Of a stretch of 36,489 bases of DNA, positions 35,539 through 36,489 are shown piece by piece (the first letter of the stretch is position 1; the number at the start of each line of letters is the position of its first letter). The position numbers and the translations under genes were made by a program. A model generated the notes under the pieces. It saw only the letters and a list, made by a program, of their open reading frames with translations. It ran no database searches and had not been told where the DNA came from. The stretch comes from Asterionella formosa. Lineage: Eukaryota. The stretch spans positions 1-36,489 of the forward strand of contig NKIB01015331.1 of assembly GCA_002256025.1 (NCBI GenBank). The letters run 5' to 3'.

Positions 35539-36489
35539 ATGGATTTATACTTAGATACTATTTTCTCTTCATATGTTCAATTTGTTTTGAATAATTTATT
35601 TTGAGGCTAATGATTTCATTGCAGAAACAGAGTAAATGTTCACATCTATGTAACTCATTAAAAATGCATTTTTCAAGCAAGCTGATCCAAACGTAGAAAA
35701 ATGGCATGTTTTCTACATGATGCATCCTAAAAAATAAGCTGCTCGGCACTTGAGTTGCTACAAAATTTGATGCAATTGTTTTGCCCATGAAGAACTCTTG
35801 TTTATACCCAGGCGAAAACGAAAAAAAACCACATGGCTACTAAATGTAGGCTCTTGTTTTCTTTATTTCAACGGACGCAGAGCCCCAGAAATTAATCAGC
35901 CCAGACGGCTAAAAGAATGCGTCAGGTTCTTCAAGTGTCGATTGTCGATTGTATACCGGTGGAATTTTGTTTAGGTTCAATCCCGTCTGGGTTTCCTCTA
36001 CGGGTAGTATTTTTTATTACCAGTAATTGGTCGCATGACTATATCCAAACATTCCAGGTAGTAGTATACCATACAGTTTGTTAAAGTATCTAGTACTCTT
36101 GAGTAGTATACGTCTATACTTCACTCTCAGCTAGCTATTTCTCGTGATCTACTTCTAGATCTTTAGTAAACGTCAGAAACTCACTTTCTGCTTTACTTTA
36201 TTGTGAGCTTTCTACTACTTAGAATAAGCTCCTTCCTAAGATCCATTTTCGATCTTTCAACTTCTACTTCAATCATCTCGTCATCGTCTTTACCAAAACA
36301 ATTCTGTGGTCCCTGGGAGCCACATTTACTATAAGACATAGTTGGAGCATAATCATAGTTCGAGTCACTTTTGTGACTCGACTCAAATGATCCCTTCACT
36401 ATTTGTCACTCTCCCTGATCTCTGGTCCAACAGTCCAGTGTACCGTTTGAGATATTAGACGCATGTAGATCGTGGATTCTGGTTATGAC

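Larger units (their letters stand above)
33108..35795 (+). mobile_element. Near full-length decayed two-gene mariner element (copy 2); left end not located
   Basis: Transposase, shared motif at 34595-34650, convergent accessory ORF, subterminal block 35625-35705 shared with copies 1 and 3, and TIR remnant ATTTGATGCAATTGTTTT (35765-35782; 16/18 to the reverse complement of the copy 3 terminal region). Confidence 0.8.

Noticed and set aside
36193..36489. Minus-strand ORF at the window edge
   Set aside because: Short, bounded by stops and with no recognisable domain; cannot be judged without the downstream sequence.

Overview
Eukaryotic, almost certainly diatom, genomic DNA (short GT-AG introns, an ASAF signal-peptide junction, diatom-type Copia and piggyBac remnants). 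Eight apparently intact host genes: a small coiled-coil protein, LSM1, a signal-peptide cereblon/CULT-like protein, a 737-aa multi-pass membrane protein, an RGG-rich protein, a Pro-rich protein with a Cys-rich SBP-like domain, a DUF1769-like protein and an F-box-like/beta-helix protein. They are separated by decayed transposons: a piggyBac, a truncated Ty1/Copia with its 3' LTR, and a pogo-like MITE inserted in an ankyrin pseudogene. The main unexplained structure is three diverged copies (about 3.6-5.0 kb, 15.8-16.9 kb and 33.1-35.8 kb) of one DD39D Tc1/mariner family. Two of them carry the same convergent second gene with an SCxxHxxCG-type motif inside the element, suggesting a two-gene mariner. 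All alignments were made by eye and family assignments come from remembered motifs, not database searches.
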